The position numbers were made by a program, and so were the translations under genes. The notes beneath the pieces were generated by a model that saw only the letters and a program-made list of their open reading frames with translations, ran no database searches and had not been told where the DNA came from. Positions 63,981 through 64,000 of a stretch of 64,000 nucleotides of DNA are shown piece after piece. The number at the start of each line of letters is the position of its first letter. Positions within the stretch are counted from its first letter, which is position 1. The DNA comes from Laetmonice hystrix (Eukaryota), in NCBI GenBank assembly GCA_965235115.1, contig OZ249442.1, positions 17,732,001-17,796,000 of the forward strand. Reading direction: 5' to 3'.

Positions 63981-64000
63981 AGATACAGGGCTTCATCCCT

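Overview
Animal (metazoan) nuclear DNA. It has spliceosomal introns, two sized N-gaps (35016-35279, 49994-50205), and no operons, rRNA/tRNA genes or CRISPR arrays; the species cannot be assigned from sequence alone. The only well-supported coding sequence is the 3' part of a minus-strand, multi-exon gene at the right end. Four phase-compatible GT-AG exons (63543-63683, 62531-62786, 61049-61153, 60635-60751) encode a Gln/Val/Thr-rich, polyQ-containing region of the type seen in transcription regulators; two of these exons are ancient duplicates of each other. The other ~59 kb looks like a gene-poor regulatory landscape. It holds about 15 unrelated mini/microsatellite arrays (roughly a sixth of the window), several non-autonomous TIR elements (Harbinger/PIF-like and Kolobok-like), a SINE remnant, and many enhancer-like blocks with an apparent excess of Pbx-Hox/TALE motifs plus CTCF- and nuclear-receptor-like sites. 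Nearly all long ORFs in the supplied track are read-through of tandem repeats or gaps. I cannot demonstrate a new biological system. The best leads are a 24-bp array that reads as a (SRQVx-GKR)n neuropeptide-precursor-like ORF, minisatellites that multiply 5' splice sites, the duplicated-exon protein module, and the TALE/Hox motif enrichment.
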